Below, in pieces: positions 1-13,350 of a DNA stretch of 64,000 nucleotides. Position numbers and translations under genes: made by a program. The DNA lies in NCBI GenBank assembly GCA_964016885.1, contig OZ024740.1, forward strand, positions 175,150,001-175,214,000. Direction: 5' to 3'. The stretch is from Eledone cirrhosa (lineage: Eukaryota). The notes under the pieces are model-generated. The model had not been told where the DNA came from. It worked only from the letters and a program-made list of their open reading frames with translations, and made no database searches. The stretch's first letter is position 1. Each line of letters begins with the position of its first letter.

Positions 1-344
1 ATAAAATTAGTTTTAATGTGTGGCCCTCAGTTTGACATGCTTGATTTAGAGGCTCTCCTCTCTGGTATAATGAACCAACATGTTAGTATCAAATACTTGG
101 TCACTTGGCGGAAGTTTGTGCGATACTCGAATATTTGATGTTACTTCCATTTCAGAACAGGATGAGTGATTTTTTTTTTAAAAACAAAATCTTGATTATA
201 CAGATGTCTAAACAATGAGAAAGTACGGTAATTCTTTCAATACCACTCTGCCCGAAACTGCCTGTTTCTACACACACGCACAAAGAAAACCGGTGCTCAT
301 ATATAAATTAGAGCCTTCTATCCTAATTTTAGAAACTGAATGAA

Positions 345-665
345 AAAATGTATGACCACGTTCCCCGGGACTTGCTGTGGAAGGTTCTGCAGGAGTATGG
401 GGTCGATGGTCAGCTTTTTGTTGCCCTGATATCTTTATACAAATGCCCGAGTATTTGTGTTTGGATAAATGGTGCTAAATCGGACTCCGCCAAGAGTGCG
501 TATTGTCACTTCTCTTGTTAATTATTTTCATGAACAGGATTAACATGCGCAGTCGGGTTGGAAGTGGTAACACGACTGAAAGGTGTAAAATCAGTTGGCT
601 GGAATTTGAAGGCGACATGGTGTTACTACCTAACTCGACAGAAGGTGATCTTTGATTTATCCTGA
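345..665 (+). pseudogene. Decayed non-LTR reverse transcriptase fragment (RTE-like)
   Basis: Manual translation gives YDHVPRDLLWKVLQEYGVDG, RQECVLSLLLLIIFMNRI and ISWLEFEGDMVLL. These are degenerate versions of RT motifs (FDRVPR, RQGCVLSPLLF, LLFADDLVLL), with frameshifts. Confidence 0.7.
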
Positions 666-1689
666 ATAATTGATCCACAATTCTCAAATTGCTTGAGTAT
701 GCGATAGCAATAAATATGGTGTAACGTTGAACTACGAGCTCAGAAAACCGATTTAACAAAACACAAACGTAATGCTTTAATAAACTCAAATTCGTAACAA
801 ACTACCAAAGTAGTTTTTTTTTCAATAACAAAATTAAAACTGTTTTGCTATTGAAACAGACGGAGCTGCGTTAATAATTCTCTCTATACGTTAATGAAAT
901 TAGATAATCTAAACTGAATTCTAATAAAATGCACACTTTAGCATGTTCTCACTTCCTAACATTGATTTTCTGTTATAAGAAACGTACAATCTGTGCAGCT
1001 AAGAGAATTTTACATGGGAATATATAAACAGACGCTGAGATGGAACAAGTTTAAATTATTCCTCTCTCAGCCACATGGTGGTTAGTGAGAAGTGACAATG
1101 TAAAAATAATTTTTTAGCCAGTGAGATGTATTAACTGTTTTGTTACCGCATTTCTGATGAAATACGACTTGTCTCTTTCAATTAATTTAAAAAATGGGAA
1201 AATTTAATTCAATAACAAACTTTTTTCATTGGTAAGCTAATGTTTAGAATATTAACTAAACAAAAAAATTTGGTAATTTTTTTTATTATTACACCCGTCC
1301 GAGACGGATGTTATTGAATTAGTTCTCAGGCGGAAAAAAACACTGAAAATTCGTAATTTATTATGGTTTTTGAACACCACATTCACAAAACTATAGAAAA
1401 AATAAATTTTACCTTCAAAATTCTTACTAAATCTATCAACTGACTATCCTTGCTTTTTGTTTTACTATTACTTACATCTCGGAGACATGTAATAAACAAA
1501 TTTAACACAATTTCTTATATGATGGAAGGTTTTAATATATGTATGAGTACTTTTGTATCATAAAACTAGAACGGTTTCAGCCGGATTAGTAACAAAATTT
1601 TGAAATGCTATTGTTTTGCTCTTGAAACAGACGGAGCTGCGTTAATATATACTCAGTATTGAAATTTATTAAACATTTATGGCACCTGT

Positions 1690-1795
1690 GCTGAATTTGA
1701 ATTACCAGATTTGTTTGAATATACATTGACTGTTTACAGCATTCCACTAAGCAATGTCAAGGTTGAAAGAGTATTTTCCAGAGTAAACACCACCA
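1690..1795 (+). pseudogene. hAT-type transposase C-terminal dimerisation-domain relic
   Basis: PDLFEYTLTVYSIPLSNVKVERVFSRVN matches the hAT dimerisation signature (iP.Sna.vERvFS..n). Confidence 0.55.
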
Positions 1796-2482
1796 ACACA
1801 CTCTGTCGTCTGCCGTTTCCGTTCTTTCCTAACAACAACGTCAACACATTGCTTGGTAAAGAATCATTCTCTCTTATGTACAAACACATACACCAGGTCC
1901 GAACACAAAGGAACCAAACTGTCACTGGCAGCAAATGGGGGGCCCCGGCGGACTGAATTGAGGATAGTGACGGAGACGCGTTGGAAAAGTCATTCCAGCT
2001 TGCGAGGCTAAAACCAAATTAAGAAAGGGGATGGATCTACTTTTGTTAATTTTAAAATAAAAATTCAAGAATAAGTCATATGTTACATTGATTTTTAATC
2101 ATATCTAAGCTATGCTGAAATATGACTCAAACATCTACGAAATAAAGAAGAAATAAGCGAAGAGAATTTTGGAAATTATTCATGTATTAACATTTGTTAA
2201 TGGTAAGGATCCTATTGAATATCATTAAGTTGTCACCAAAGTAAATTTAGAGAAAAGGATATTAAATTTGTATAAGTTTTTTTTTTAATTATAATCGCCA
2301 ATGTTTAGAACACAGCAACTAGAAAATATTTTCAAAAATTAGGTAAATGAATAACATACATTTAAAGGTACGAGGGTGCATTTAAAAAAAATTACAAAGC
2401 TAAATTTTCATTTGAGCTACTTTCTAACGCTGAAAGGTTTACGTTTCATTTTATGAAATTAATCAGAGTAACCTTGCATATA

Positions 2483-2558
2483 CAGGGTATTATCCCAAAA
2501 TGTATACACACTTCAACAATATTCTAATCAGTGTGTATACATTTTTTGGGACACCCTG
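2483..2558. mobile_element. Tiny Tc1/mariner-type MITE (76 bp, hairpin)
   Basis: TA|CAGGGT..CCCAAAATGTATACACACT ... AGTGTGTATACATTTTTTGGGACACCCTG|TA. ~30-bp imperfect TIRs with TA target duplication. Confidence 0.8.
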
Positions 2559-2904
2559 TATAATCAATGGTCTTTTTTTTTCACTTATTCCTTGGAGGGT
2601 CATGAGGGCAGAGTCCTCAAGCACGCCTTACATTTAAATCGTTGAGGAACGTTCTGTATACATTGTTGTTTTATTCAGTTAGATATTGAGAAGTCCTGAA
2701 TTGTTACATATTACACCTGCCTAGGTTTAGACAGTTCCTATGAGTGTGCGTCTCATGAGTTTTTTAATGTGTTTATTGAAAAGAGTCAGGTCATATCATT
2801 TTTCAGATGACAGGAGATGTTATTTGAACTCAGGCCGTACGGAGCCGGAATAGATGCCACAAGACATTACGTTTAATGCCATAACAATATTGCCAATCCA
2901 TTAA

Positions 2905-3000
2905 CCTGGACTGATATTTTATTTATCGATGACAAAGTTGACTTCAGTGGAATGTGAACTCTGCGCAGAGAACCGGATCAAATGTCGCAAGACATTAGTA
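2905..3000 (-). mobile_element. Decayed copy of SINE family 2
   Basis: ctgatattttatttatcga...caaagttgacttcagtggaatgtgaactc is the degenerate reverse complement of the family-2 body seen at 49265-49443. Confidence 0.5.
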
Positions 3001-3282
3001 CTCTGTGACTTCGCTGAATTTTTTGGCAGTCAGCACACTCCTATTCGATGTTTTTACGTTCTAAGTAGACGACAATCTCTTCATTTAAATCGACATTTTC
3101 TTTCATATTATTTTTTCAATTATTATCAAATATAATTGAATTTTAAACATTTTCGTTTACTAATAAATCATTCTGAAGATATGCGCGAAAGAGATAAAAT
3201 GATGTCTTTACAATTACTAATAGACCATTCAGATTTTATATATACAGATTGATCAGGTATACATTGTTTGCTGTATAATCAA

Positions 3283-3380
3283 GGCATGGCCTAATGGATA
3301 TGAGTTATAAGGTTGGTAGCTTGATTCCTGGACTAGGCGGCCCGTTGGGTCCTTAGCAAGGCGCTTTATTTCACGTTGCG
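3283..3380 (+). mobile_element. Decayed tRNA-head/CORE-like SINE fragment
   Basis: gcatggcctaatgg (A-box-like) ... ccttagcaaggcgctttatttcacgttgc, similar to the SINE family-1 body. Confidence 0.5.
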
Positions 3381-3959
3381 TATTATGATAGGAACGATAT
3401 CCCTATCATTATAACACCTGAGAAATCTCTTACGATACAACCTTGTAGGAGGCCAGGTGAAGCTGCATGTGCATGAGCAACAAATTTCATTTTCAAAACG
3501 AAATAACGCCATCTGTTTTTCTAGTTATGTCGTGCCTCCGCCTATCTCAGGACCATACAATAAAACAGTCCGGTCATGATGCCATATCTCTACTGTCCAA
3601 CTTTTAATGTGATTTAGCCACCGATAAAATCAAATTCTTATTAAACACGTAAAATATTTCAGAGCAAATGGTTTTTGTTTTTGTATTAAAATATTTTCCT
3701 ATATAATAGCGTATAAGAAAGAGTGGGAAAGAGAATTATATTGGAACGAAAGCTGTCCAATTTCCGAGCTGAAATTCTTGTATTTCTATCTGATGTTTAG
3801 CAATGCCACACCACCATGCGGAATATACCTTTCTTTCAGATTAAAAGAAAAAAAGGATTCAAGAAAATAATGTTAAGTTGACCCCATGTTTAATTCAATT
3901 AAATAACACACTCGACATGTCATGCCCTATGAGTTTTATAGACAAGTCAGCGCAAGTAA

Positions 3960-4670
3960 AATCAGCCAAAGCACATATTGATGTATTGTGTGAAAGAACA
4001 AGCAGGGAAGTATTTTTCCCGTTTTAGAAATGGGTACTTCAGCCTAAAGGATGAGCCAAGAGAAAGTCTTCCAAATGGACCTGATTCAGTCATTTGAAAC
4101 GGCTGTTGAAGGAAATCTTACCATCACGGCTAAGAAACTCATCGGGCATTTCAATATTGAATTGCCCTGCATGAGTTTAAAATACTATGAAATGGATCCC
4201 ACACGACATGTCTGTTAAGCACCTGCGACAACGAGTCGATTAATGTGAGCATTAGTATCATTTTTGGACAGAACTGATAGTGAGCATGAGCACCATCATC
4301 ACTTGGTCGTGGTGATAAACCTGCCCAGCAACCAAGATGGGATCTGCATCTAAGGATGATCCTATTGTGTGGTGTGATATGCAAGGAATAGTTCATTATG
4401 AACTGAAGTTTACTATCAACAATGTCAACGTTTGAAAATAGCTTTAGACAAAAATTGCCTAAAGCAAGCAAAAAAAGGGTCATTTTCCGACACGATAATG
4501 TCTGTCCTCAAGTGTAACTAAAGACCTCTTAGAGGAACTCTGGCAGAGTAATAATTGCTTCAGTCACTATATTCTTCTAAGTTTGCTCCTTCTGATTATC
4601 ATTCATTTAAAACATATTTTCTCCAAGATTTTAATAGCATAAGAAAAAAAATTTCTTGCCAATTCTGGCC
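3960..4670 (+). pseudogene. Mariner transposase relic
   Basis: Fragments GYFSLKDEPRESLP, WIPHDM (WVPHEL), CDMQGIVHYEL, FRHDNVCP (HDNARPH) and YSSKFAPSDYHSF (YSPDLAPSDYHLF) occur in the correct order with many disruptions. Confidence 0.85.
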
Positions 4671-4797
4671 ATGAGATGGTACAAATGCGCAAAGTCAATA
4701 AAAAGGGGAATACCATGTATGTTCGTATACTGATGCTGCTTGTCGAAATGGCGTATTTCCGTGCAGCGAGAGCTGAAACAGAACACGAATCCAAGGC

Positions 4798-4855
4798 TTC
4801 AAATATCGAGTTTTAGCAAGAATTTCAAATATCGAGTTTTAGCCAGAATTTCAAG
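4798..4855. repeat. 26-bp tandem duplication
   Basis: ttcaaatatcgagttttagc(a/c)agaat x2 followed by ttcaa. Confidence 0.85.
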
Positions 4856-5199
4856 AAACATACGACAAACTAATTGCTAAGTAAACATATATTTCTACGA
4901 AAAATGCACTAAATTAAGCCATAAGTCTTCTAGAGCCCAACATTAGCATGGAATCATCGTATTGAGAATGTTGTATATGCCCTCCCACTGTTTTAACATG
5001 TGCAGATCAAGGTCACAATTTTCGTTTTTCTTTGAGAAATATTGGAGAAATTTCGCCAATAAATTATATTGTGTAATGAATATTATTTTGTAGACTATTA
5101 AAGTCCGATGTGATGTTTTTTTTTCTGATTTTGAATACAGTCGGATAATTTGTGGTTTGTTTACATTTCCACAAGTAGTGCCAATTGGCTTGTATCACA

Positions 5200-5262
5200 A
5201 CGGGACGACTCTTCTAACGCAGACTAGCGTGGAAAAATCGACGTTAAACAGTGATAATGATG
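5200..5262 (+). mobile_element. Old RTE-type 3' terminus
   Basis: ctagcgtggaaaaatcgacgttaaacagtgataatgatg is a degenerate terminal hairpin plus (GAT)n tail. Confidence 0.55.
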
Positions 5263-5784
5263 CATTTAAACATGTTTTTTCCGTCTTTTTCTAGCATACG
5301 TTTTTATCGTTCATTCCACTAAATATGCAAGCATTTATAATTCGTTTCAATTAGAAGCATCCCAATGGTTAGGTAGCCATTTTCCTCCCCACCACGTGAT
5401 GACGAATGTGCCGCCCCCTTCTGCTGAGAAGCTCCTCTTTGTGTGGGAGTTGGTGATACATATGCATAAGCCTACATGTTGAGAGGGCTGTACGATTTCG
5501 TGATATGTACATGCATATTCCCCCCTTCGAATCCACCCAAACGATATAGTAAATGCTATAATCACTACATCAGGGATCAATAGGAGGACCATGCAAACTA
5601 CAATGGAGCTAGCGACTAGAGGTGGTCCGAGCTGGTGCTGGTGGAAACTACAGGTATCTGGGCGACTTCAAAATTCATTTATACGCCCTGACTATCTCCA
5701 AGTGTTCGTGCAGTCCTTCTACCCTTCAGGCCTATGAAAATAGCAAGACACCCATGCACCTCCTGATCATGATCATCAAACGCA

Positions 5785-8700
5785 GCGCTTAAGGTTTGCC
5801 ATTATCAATGTCGGGAAAATAAAAGATAAGTGTGGTGGGATTGTGGAGATGCTCGAGAGGAGACAAGTAGATATATGTTGGGTGGTGATCACATGCAAAG
5901 AACAACGGTTCAAATTCTTCTGGATGGGTAGCAATAATGGAGTGAGTGGAGTAGGAATGCTCCTTGCTGATATATGCGTAGTCCAAGTAACTGATGGTGA
6001 GTGATAGAATAATTAAACTTTGACTAGCCTTGGGCAGCTCTACAGATAGCATGTTATCAGCATACACTCCACAAGCAAGACTTGTCGACGAACAAAAAGA
6101 ACATTTCTATGAGGCCCTTCTACGGACTACATCAATGACAGATGACAGTGATCTTATGATCGCAGCTGGTGACTTCAATGGACATGTTGAACAACATCAT
6201 GACAGATTCCCTGGCATACTCGAAGCTACAGTTATGGCGCAAAACAGAAGAAAGAGTCTAGAGTTCTTGTGATGCTTTCGACTTAATGATCTGTAACACA
6301 AACTTGAAACCAGCCAACCACCTGATTATTAACCAATCAGCGGGGTATACAAGACAAATAGTTTCATCCTCACCAGGAAAGGGGACAGGTAAATGGTTGT
6401 AAATGCCAAAGCCTTTCCTACGGAAAAATGTACCTCCCAACATAGATTAGTTTTCAGTGACCTTAGGATGTGCTAAACAGACTAAGAGACAAAAGTCAGT
6501 CTGGAGAAGGAAAACCTAGAGCTAAGAGAACAAATATATATAAATCCTACTTGACACCTTTGACAGTAGGGAAGATATGTAGACATATAACATAGAGGAA
6601 AACTAGGGCTTCCTACGGGACAACCTGCTGGAAGCTACAAACCAGGCCTGCGGCTGGAGTAAGGTTCCAATGAGACGGAGAGTGATGTGGTGGTGGAATG
6701 ATAAGGTAGATAGAGCTATAAAAACAAAAATACAAGCCTGCAAAGACTGGAGGAAAGGGGGGGGGGAGACAGGGAGAAATATCAAATAGCTAGAAGAAAG
6801 GCCAGGCAGAGGTAGAAAAGAAGAAATTAGCTCATGTTCTGTGTCGCGAAGATCAGAGGTGTGAAGTGTTTCCTATTGTGAGAGTGTGTTAGACACAACC
6901 GTGATGCAGTTGCGGAAAAGTTTGAAATGATAGTAGAGCGATTGCTCTGTTGCATGCCGAAAAGAAGGAAGCATGGAAGACTTACTATGAGAGACTACTG
7001 AACAAAGAGAATAAATAGGACAGCAAGGGCCTACCTCATCCAGACCCAACTGAATATCCAGCTATAAATGTTGACAGCAGAGTGATAGATAAAACATGAA
7101 AATAGAGAAGGCAGCTGGACCATCTAGTATAGTTGCTAAGATGTTAATAGTATCTGCCATGGTAGGGTATGCAATAGTCAAACACTTAGTTAATGAAGTA
7201 ATATAGGAAGAGGTCATACCCAATGACTGGTGCAGCAGTATCATTGTAAATTGTTACAAGGGCAAAGAAGATGCACTAGAGAGGAGTAACTACAGAGGTA
7301 TCAAGTTGATGGACCAGGTCATAAAAATTGCTGAAAGGGTTATATCACAATTAATTAAGGACAGAATCAAGTTAGATGAGATGCAGTTTGGATTTATGTC
7401 AGGCAGAAGTACTAATGGTGCCCTCATAGTAAGAGAACTGAAAGAGAAGAGTACTTAGCTAAGAGTAAGCCACTGCATCTGGCTTTTGTAAATATGGAGA
7501 AGGCTTTGACAGAGTCCCATGATCTGTAAGCTGGTGGGGGTTTACAAAGCTAGGTGTAGATGGCTTGTGAAGGCTGTGCAAGCCATGTATAAAGGAGCAA
7601 CCAGCAAGGTGAGGATTAGAAGCTAGTACTTATGAATTTCAATTGCAGGTGGGGGTCCACCAAGGGACCATTCCTCAGTCCACTCCTGTTTATCATTGTT
7701 CTTCAGGCCATCTCTGAAGAGTTTAAAACTGGCACTCCATGGATGCTCTGATATGCTGATGACCTAGTCCTTATAGTTGAATTCATAGGAGAGATAGAAA
7801 CAAAATTTCAAACATGGAAGAAGAACCTAGAGGTGAAAGGCCTAAAGATAAACTTAACAAAGACGAAAGTACTCATAAGTAGGAAAGAGGACAGGAGGGT
7901 GATACCATCAGGAAGTGGCCTTGTTCTATAAGTCAGAAAAAGGTGGACAAATTCTATATGGTACACACAGTGCAATCTATGAACACACAAGAGATGTAGT
8001 GGGATTGTAGACAAATTAACAGAAAAGATAAACTTTGTATGTGGCAGAAGCATAGAAGAAGTAAACACCGAGAACTCACATGAAGTAAATTCCTTCAGCT
8101 CCCAGGGAGGCTCCTTAGAAGTTGTTGGCAGCTTTTGTTACTTAGTCAATCAAATTAGCCGTGGGGATAATGCACTGAAAGTGTGATAGCTAGGATCAGA
8201 ACAAATTAGAAGTTTAGAGGACTTATACCTCTGCTGACAACAAAGGGTTTCTTGCTCATAGTGAAGGGTAGTAGATTGTATGATGCCGGCATGCGAACTG
8301 TAATTCTACACCGCAGTGAAACATGGACCTTAACCACAGAAAGCCTGTGAAGGCTGAAGAGAAATGAAGTGAGTATGCTGTGATGGTTGTGTAATGTTAG
8401 TGTGAATGAGTGATGTAGCATAAGTGAACTGAAAGGAAAACTTGGCATAAGAGGAATTGGATGTAATGTACAAGAGAGAATACTGCACTGGTATGGACAT
8501 GTGATGCATATGGAGGATAGCAACTGCATAAAGAAATGCAGAGAAATCCTAGTGACTGGAACCCAAGGAAAAGGCAGACCCAGGAAAACATGGGATGAGG
8601 CAGTGAAGAGTGACCTTAAGAAACTAAGACTCACAAATGAGATAACAATGAATAAAGAGTGCTGGTGCTATGCTGTGTTGAGGAAGACCCATCCAGAAGC

Positions 8701-9320
8701 ATTCAATATGACTTGACCCATACATGTGCCCCTATCCCTCCCTCCCACTAGCACTCATCATCTATTCTCACCACAACTACACCTATCACCCATGCCCCTT
8801 CCAAATCCACTCCATAACAATTACCCCAACCCCCTAAATACCTTAGATATCCTCACCATTGCATCCTAGTAGCTACTCTCTACCCCCTGTTCATTCCCCT
8901 ACGACCACCCCATACACTAAACAGCCTCCCCTACCCCTTACTCATCTCTTACTCCTTATCTTTTTTCATCACAACCAACCCCCTCTCCATATTGACATCA
9001 CTCCCACCACTACATTATACACTAATCAGCCATCCCACCCCTTTACTCATTATCTTGTCAAATTCCCACATACACCTATAACCTCATACCTATCTCCTTT
9101 CCAGTGATGGTGCCCCAAAAATGCACTCGGTACACTCCGTAAGGGTGGTTGGCGACAGGAAGGGTACCTCAGTGTAGAAACCATGCCTAAAGGGGTTGAG
9201 AGGACCCTATAGCTGTGTCAAAGACACAACAACCTATCTAGTTTTGGTGATCTACACGATAAACACACCCAGTACATGCTGTAAAATGGTTGGTGATAGG
9301 AAGGGCATCCAGCCATAGCT
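5785..9320 (+). mobile_element. Old, heavily mutated PHD-RTE LINE (APE + RT + PHD relic, C-rich 3' region)
   Basis: LRFAIINVG..VEMLERRQVDIC, SAYTPQ, AGDFNGHV, NYRGIKLMDQV, YADDLVL, degenerate PHD at ~7910-8050, GRPRKTW, then two copies of the 3' motif ggttggtgataggaagggcatccag. Many stops and frameshifts. Confidence 0.9.
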
Positions 9321-9510
9321 GTTGAATAATGGTTATCACCAAAATATATGTATTGGCGAATATGAATAAATGAAGTTAATTATTTTAACCTGTTCACATA
9401 CACCTCTTGTTTTTAAATTACTCCGAAGTAAACAGACCAACCTGTGCACTTCATTGAGTGTTTTACCCTGCATGCTGAAGTGTCGGTAACTAACCAACAC
9501 ATACTCAAAC

Positions 9511-9520
<10 letters not shown>

Positions 9521-9550
<30 letters not shown>

Positions 9551-9561
9551 GATGATGATGA

Positions 9562-9617
<56 letters not shown>
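9521..9617. repeat. (TA)n microsatellite with internal AAAT(GAT)n island
   Basis: Direct reading. Confidence 0.95.
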
Positions 9618-9619
<2 letters not shown>

Positions 9620-9896
9620 AAGGGCGTGATTGTATAAGATTGTTTAGAAATATTGTTCATTTTTGTGTTGTTTATCAGGGAATATATTGCTTTGTACAAA
9701 AGTTGTTTTTATTTGACTTGGGGACATTTCATCAGTAATTTATTACTTGTCATTGCTGTAAAATGTTCTGCCTACACTAGTCTATTGACTATAATTACGC
9801 CCAGAATCTCAAGCTGTTTCTTTTTTGTTGTTTTTTCATAGACAGCCAGCAATTCTTGAAATGCTATGCAAGTTTTGGTGTACTTCTTTTCTTTAA

Positions 9897-10092
9897 CCCT
9901 TTAGCATTTACATTACATTATAAATACTATTATATTTTCATGGTAAAGGCTTTACCTCACATAATATCAAATCTGAGATTTTGATATTATTTATTTTGAG
10001 AACAATACCTTAACATCAGTATGAACAGCTGGTTTGAACGGAAAGAGGTGAGAGAAATCTGGGTGGATACAGCCAGTTTAAATGCTAAAGGG
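9897..10092. mobile_element. piggyBac-type non-autonomous element (MITE)
   Basis: TTAA|CCCTTTAGCATTTA ... TAAATGCTAAAGGG|TTAA. 14-bp perfect TIR, CCC/GGG termini, TTAA TSD. Confidence 0.85.
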
Positions 10093-11099
10093 TTAATAGA
10101 ACAAATTGATGCTTTATATTCTAATGGTTCAAATGTTACTTTCCAATTATTTTACCCAGGATTTCATCCCATTCTGGCAACGTGTCTATCGAAGCTCATT
10201 GCTGCCACATTGTATCCTCTTGTAAAAACAATGCAGTGTCACCATCATACAGGAGATACAATTCATTTTCATTGGTGTTGATCAGTTAGCACATCTACAA
10301 AGACTAAGGAGAATTGACTTAAGTATTGATTCTTGAGGGACTGATAGCTGGATGTGTTTGGATCTCCTATTACATTGCAACTTCATGCACTCTTCTCCAA
10401 TGCACACTAACTGTATATGGTTAATACGAAACGTATGGAAAACCAAACATTGTAATTATTTTAGCGTTGAAATAAAATCACAAATTTTTAGTGAGGCTTA
10501 TCAACAAATGAGTCAACACCAGCATTTGACTTATTTTATTGACTCAGGGACGTAAAAAGCCATGACGAAATGATGTAAAGCACTGTTCAACATTCTTACT
10601 TCAACTACTATATTTGATGGCATATAAGACCACTAGACTCCCCTCCCCACTACACCAGGGAATATTAAGAAAAATCATTAACCTACCACATACTTTAACT
10701 TAGTTTATGAGAGCTGAATGATATTTTTGGAGATATTTTTCAAATATGGTACTAAAATATCAGTGATAAATGTAATATTATGTAACAGATGACGATGATG
10801 ATTGTATAGGCAAGTTAACAGAATGTGTAATACACCTATCTATCCAGATATACATATATATGTGAGTGTTTACGAGAGTTGAGTACTAATATAGTACGGG
10901 TTTAATGACATCAATTCACAACAAAATCTCCCAATCTACAGGCCAGAGCTAAAATAAACATTATAGTAGCCAGGTTATAACCATGAAAAGAAACAACTAT
11001 GTTAGTTTCTTGCTATTTGTTTAATATGCAGAAGGAGAGAAAGATCCATGTGTGTAAGATGGTCGAAGTATAATTCCATCATATTTTGATGTGTACACA

Positions 11100-11390
11100 G
11101 TATGGCCAAATGCTTAAGTTTGTTCGCTTTCTCATCATTACGTTTTAAGTTCAATCCCACTACATGGTAAATGTCAATTACAATAACCACAGATTGATCC
11201 AAGTCATGTGAGTGACATTAGGTAAACTGTTTTGAAGCCTGTCAGGTGGATTCTTTGTCATACCCTGTGTCACAATGTATCTCTTTGAGAATTATATTAA
11301 TGATACAAGTGTTTGTGGAACGCTCCGTCATCTGTTATTCACGAGCAGATTACGCCGTTGATTGAACCACTGGAACATTCCATGTTAAAA
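11100..11390 (+). mobile_element. Old SINE-like remnant
   Basis: tggccaaatgcttaag (A-box-like) and gttcaatccc (B-box-like) head followed by a body; very decayed. Confidence 0.35.
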
Positions 11391-12549
11391 CTGATGGAGG
11401 TCCATACTTCCCAACTACATGGCAGATTTAGTCTGGAGGGAAAAAAGCAACCTGTTGCTGTGATTACCTTTGCTAACAAAAGCAAAGTTTTACGCATCTA
11501 AATGTTTGCAGTTTTGAGAAGGAGCATTTTCCTAAATAAGAAAAATCATATTTTAAAATTATATTAATTCTGCTCCTTTATTTTACTTTCATTTTAATTA
11601 TGCCTGTAACATAATTAGAACTTGACTGATCCATTATTTATTAACTGTTAATAATTTTGTGTTAAGATGCACTAAATACAAAACATTAAAATTAAATCAG
11701 GCAAAGAGATGACAATGTTATTTGGGATGCACTCTCTCTCTGGATCCAGACAATAAGTTCATTGTGCTGGGCGTGAATATTCTGCTGTTTATGTCCATAA
11801 CTAGTGTCTAGAAGCATTATTAGTAATGTGTCAGTGAGAAATTGGAATAACATTTTTGACATAGTCTGGGATTGTGTGGTTTTAGACGATATGAGAAGTA
11901 GAAAAAAAAACGCAAACCTGCTCAGACAGTTCTGTTCGAGCAGACACTGACTGAATTTCCTCAATGCACCAGTGGGGACATGGGACAAATATATCAGGAC
12001 ATTGAGATCATATCTAAATAGAATAATTGGTAGGTTACTAAAATGTGTGGAGTGTACACAATTGAAACCAGTCATTTACCCAAGTTACTAAAAACTGAAT
12101 GCACCAGTTTGGGAAGAGTAGAAGTACATCATTAGCTCAAGTAGTGGTCCTCTTCTCTGAGGTTGTATAACATTTTGCCTTCTATGTATATCATTATCTT
12201 TTTTTTTCATTCATCCCATTTTCCTCTCCTCACTCTCACAGCAATAATTTTTGTAACCTGTCGCAGTAAATGACCCTTCACTGTCACCCTTGGGGAGATA
12301 ATGATAAAAAAAAAACATTGCAATTGAGAGCAATAGATCCCACTATCAACAAACCATAAAATGAAAAATACTTGACTGAATAGAGTAAACTCTGGGGGAA
12401 ATTACTGGTACTCCTACAACATACTTAATTCATCCTATCGCAATTTGGAATTTTAGACATGTTAACTAAAGCTACATTTGCAAAATCTTTACCATCTTAC
12501 ATGCTCAGGTACTAAATCATAAACTGTAAGGAAATGATGGATAGTTGGG

Positions 12550-12700
12550 TTTCTGCAGTTTCCGTCTACCAGATTCCACTCACAAGTTATTGTTCAAACT
12601 CGAGTCTTTGATAGAAAGACACTTGCCCAAAGTGCTGTGCAGTTGGATTGAACCTGGGGAAACCATGGTTGTGAAGAAAAGTTTTTAATACAGCCATGCC
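12550..12700 (-). mobile_element. tRNA-derived CORE-like SINE remnant
   Basis: The minus strand carries ggttcaatcc (B-box) followed by ctttgggcaagtgtcttt (CORE-like) and gagtggaatctggtagacggaaactg. Resembles a common octopus SINE from memory. Confidence 0.6.
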
Positions 12701-13350
12701 TAATATTTTGACCTCGAGACATGGAGGGCATTCAAGTAAAACATTGCAAAAGCAATTAGTCGGACACACTAGACATACCTGCCAGGCATCACCCTGACTC
12801 TGATGTATTGATGACGATGAAAATTTCTTTACACAGGCAGAAGGTGGAAGATTTATAGATGAAAAGCGAGAATAAAAAGTGTTCATGAGTTTCTAAAGAG
12901 CATTATAGAAAATGAGAGAGGTTCAGTTTAGGATTGAAACTCTCATGGTGGTACACATTATTGGCACTTATATTAGAGAAATATATAGACAGTCCTGAAC
13001 TGTCTGCACCCTAGAAATAATCCATTGTTAGTAAATAATGACAGCAATGACTGGGAGAGGTTTATAGAGGTAGAAAAGAATTAAAGAATGAGAAAAGAAA
13101 TAAGGATGAAAGGAAATAGAAGGGTGGGAAAAGAATGTATGAATGAAAGAAGACAGAAAAAGAAAAATAACAAAAACAGAGGCATGAAAGAATGCGAAAA
13201 CGAGATAAGGAGAGAATTCTTTTTCTTTTTGTAAAAAAAATTAACAAAATACGAAATAAAACAAAAATATGGATAAACAAAAATGACAAGAAAAAAATTT
13301 GGACAAGATTTGGACAAGAAAAAAAGGACAGAATGAAATTTATATAGAAT

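Noticed and set aside
1-50. End of a hAT-type MITE (gtggccc...agtttgacatgcttg)
   Set aside because: The partner terminus lies outside the window and cannot be verified.
5370-5785. HDV-like ribozyme at the 5' end of the RTEs (also checked 31570-31740)
   Set aside because: Known for some RTEs, but I could not build the nested pseudoknot by eye; it needs a descriptor search.
13062-13330. Phe-rich membrane-like ORFs
   Set aside because: Antisense of a low-complexity A/G-rich tract.
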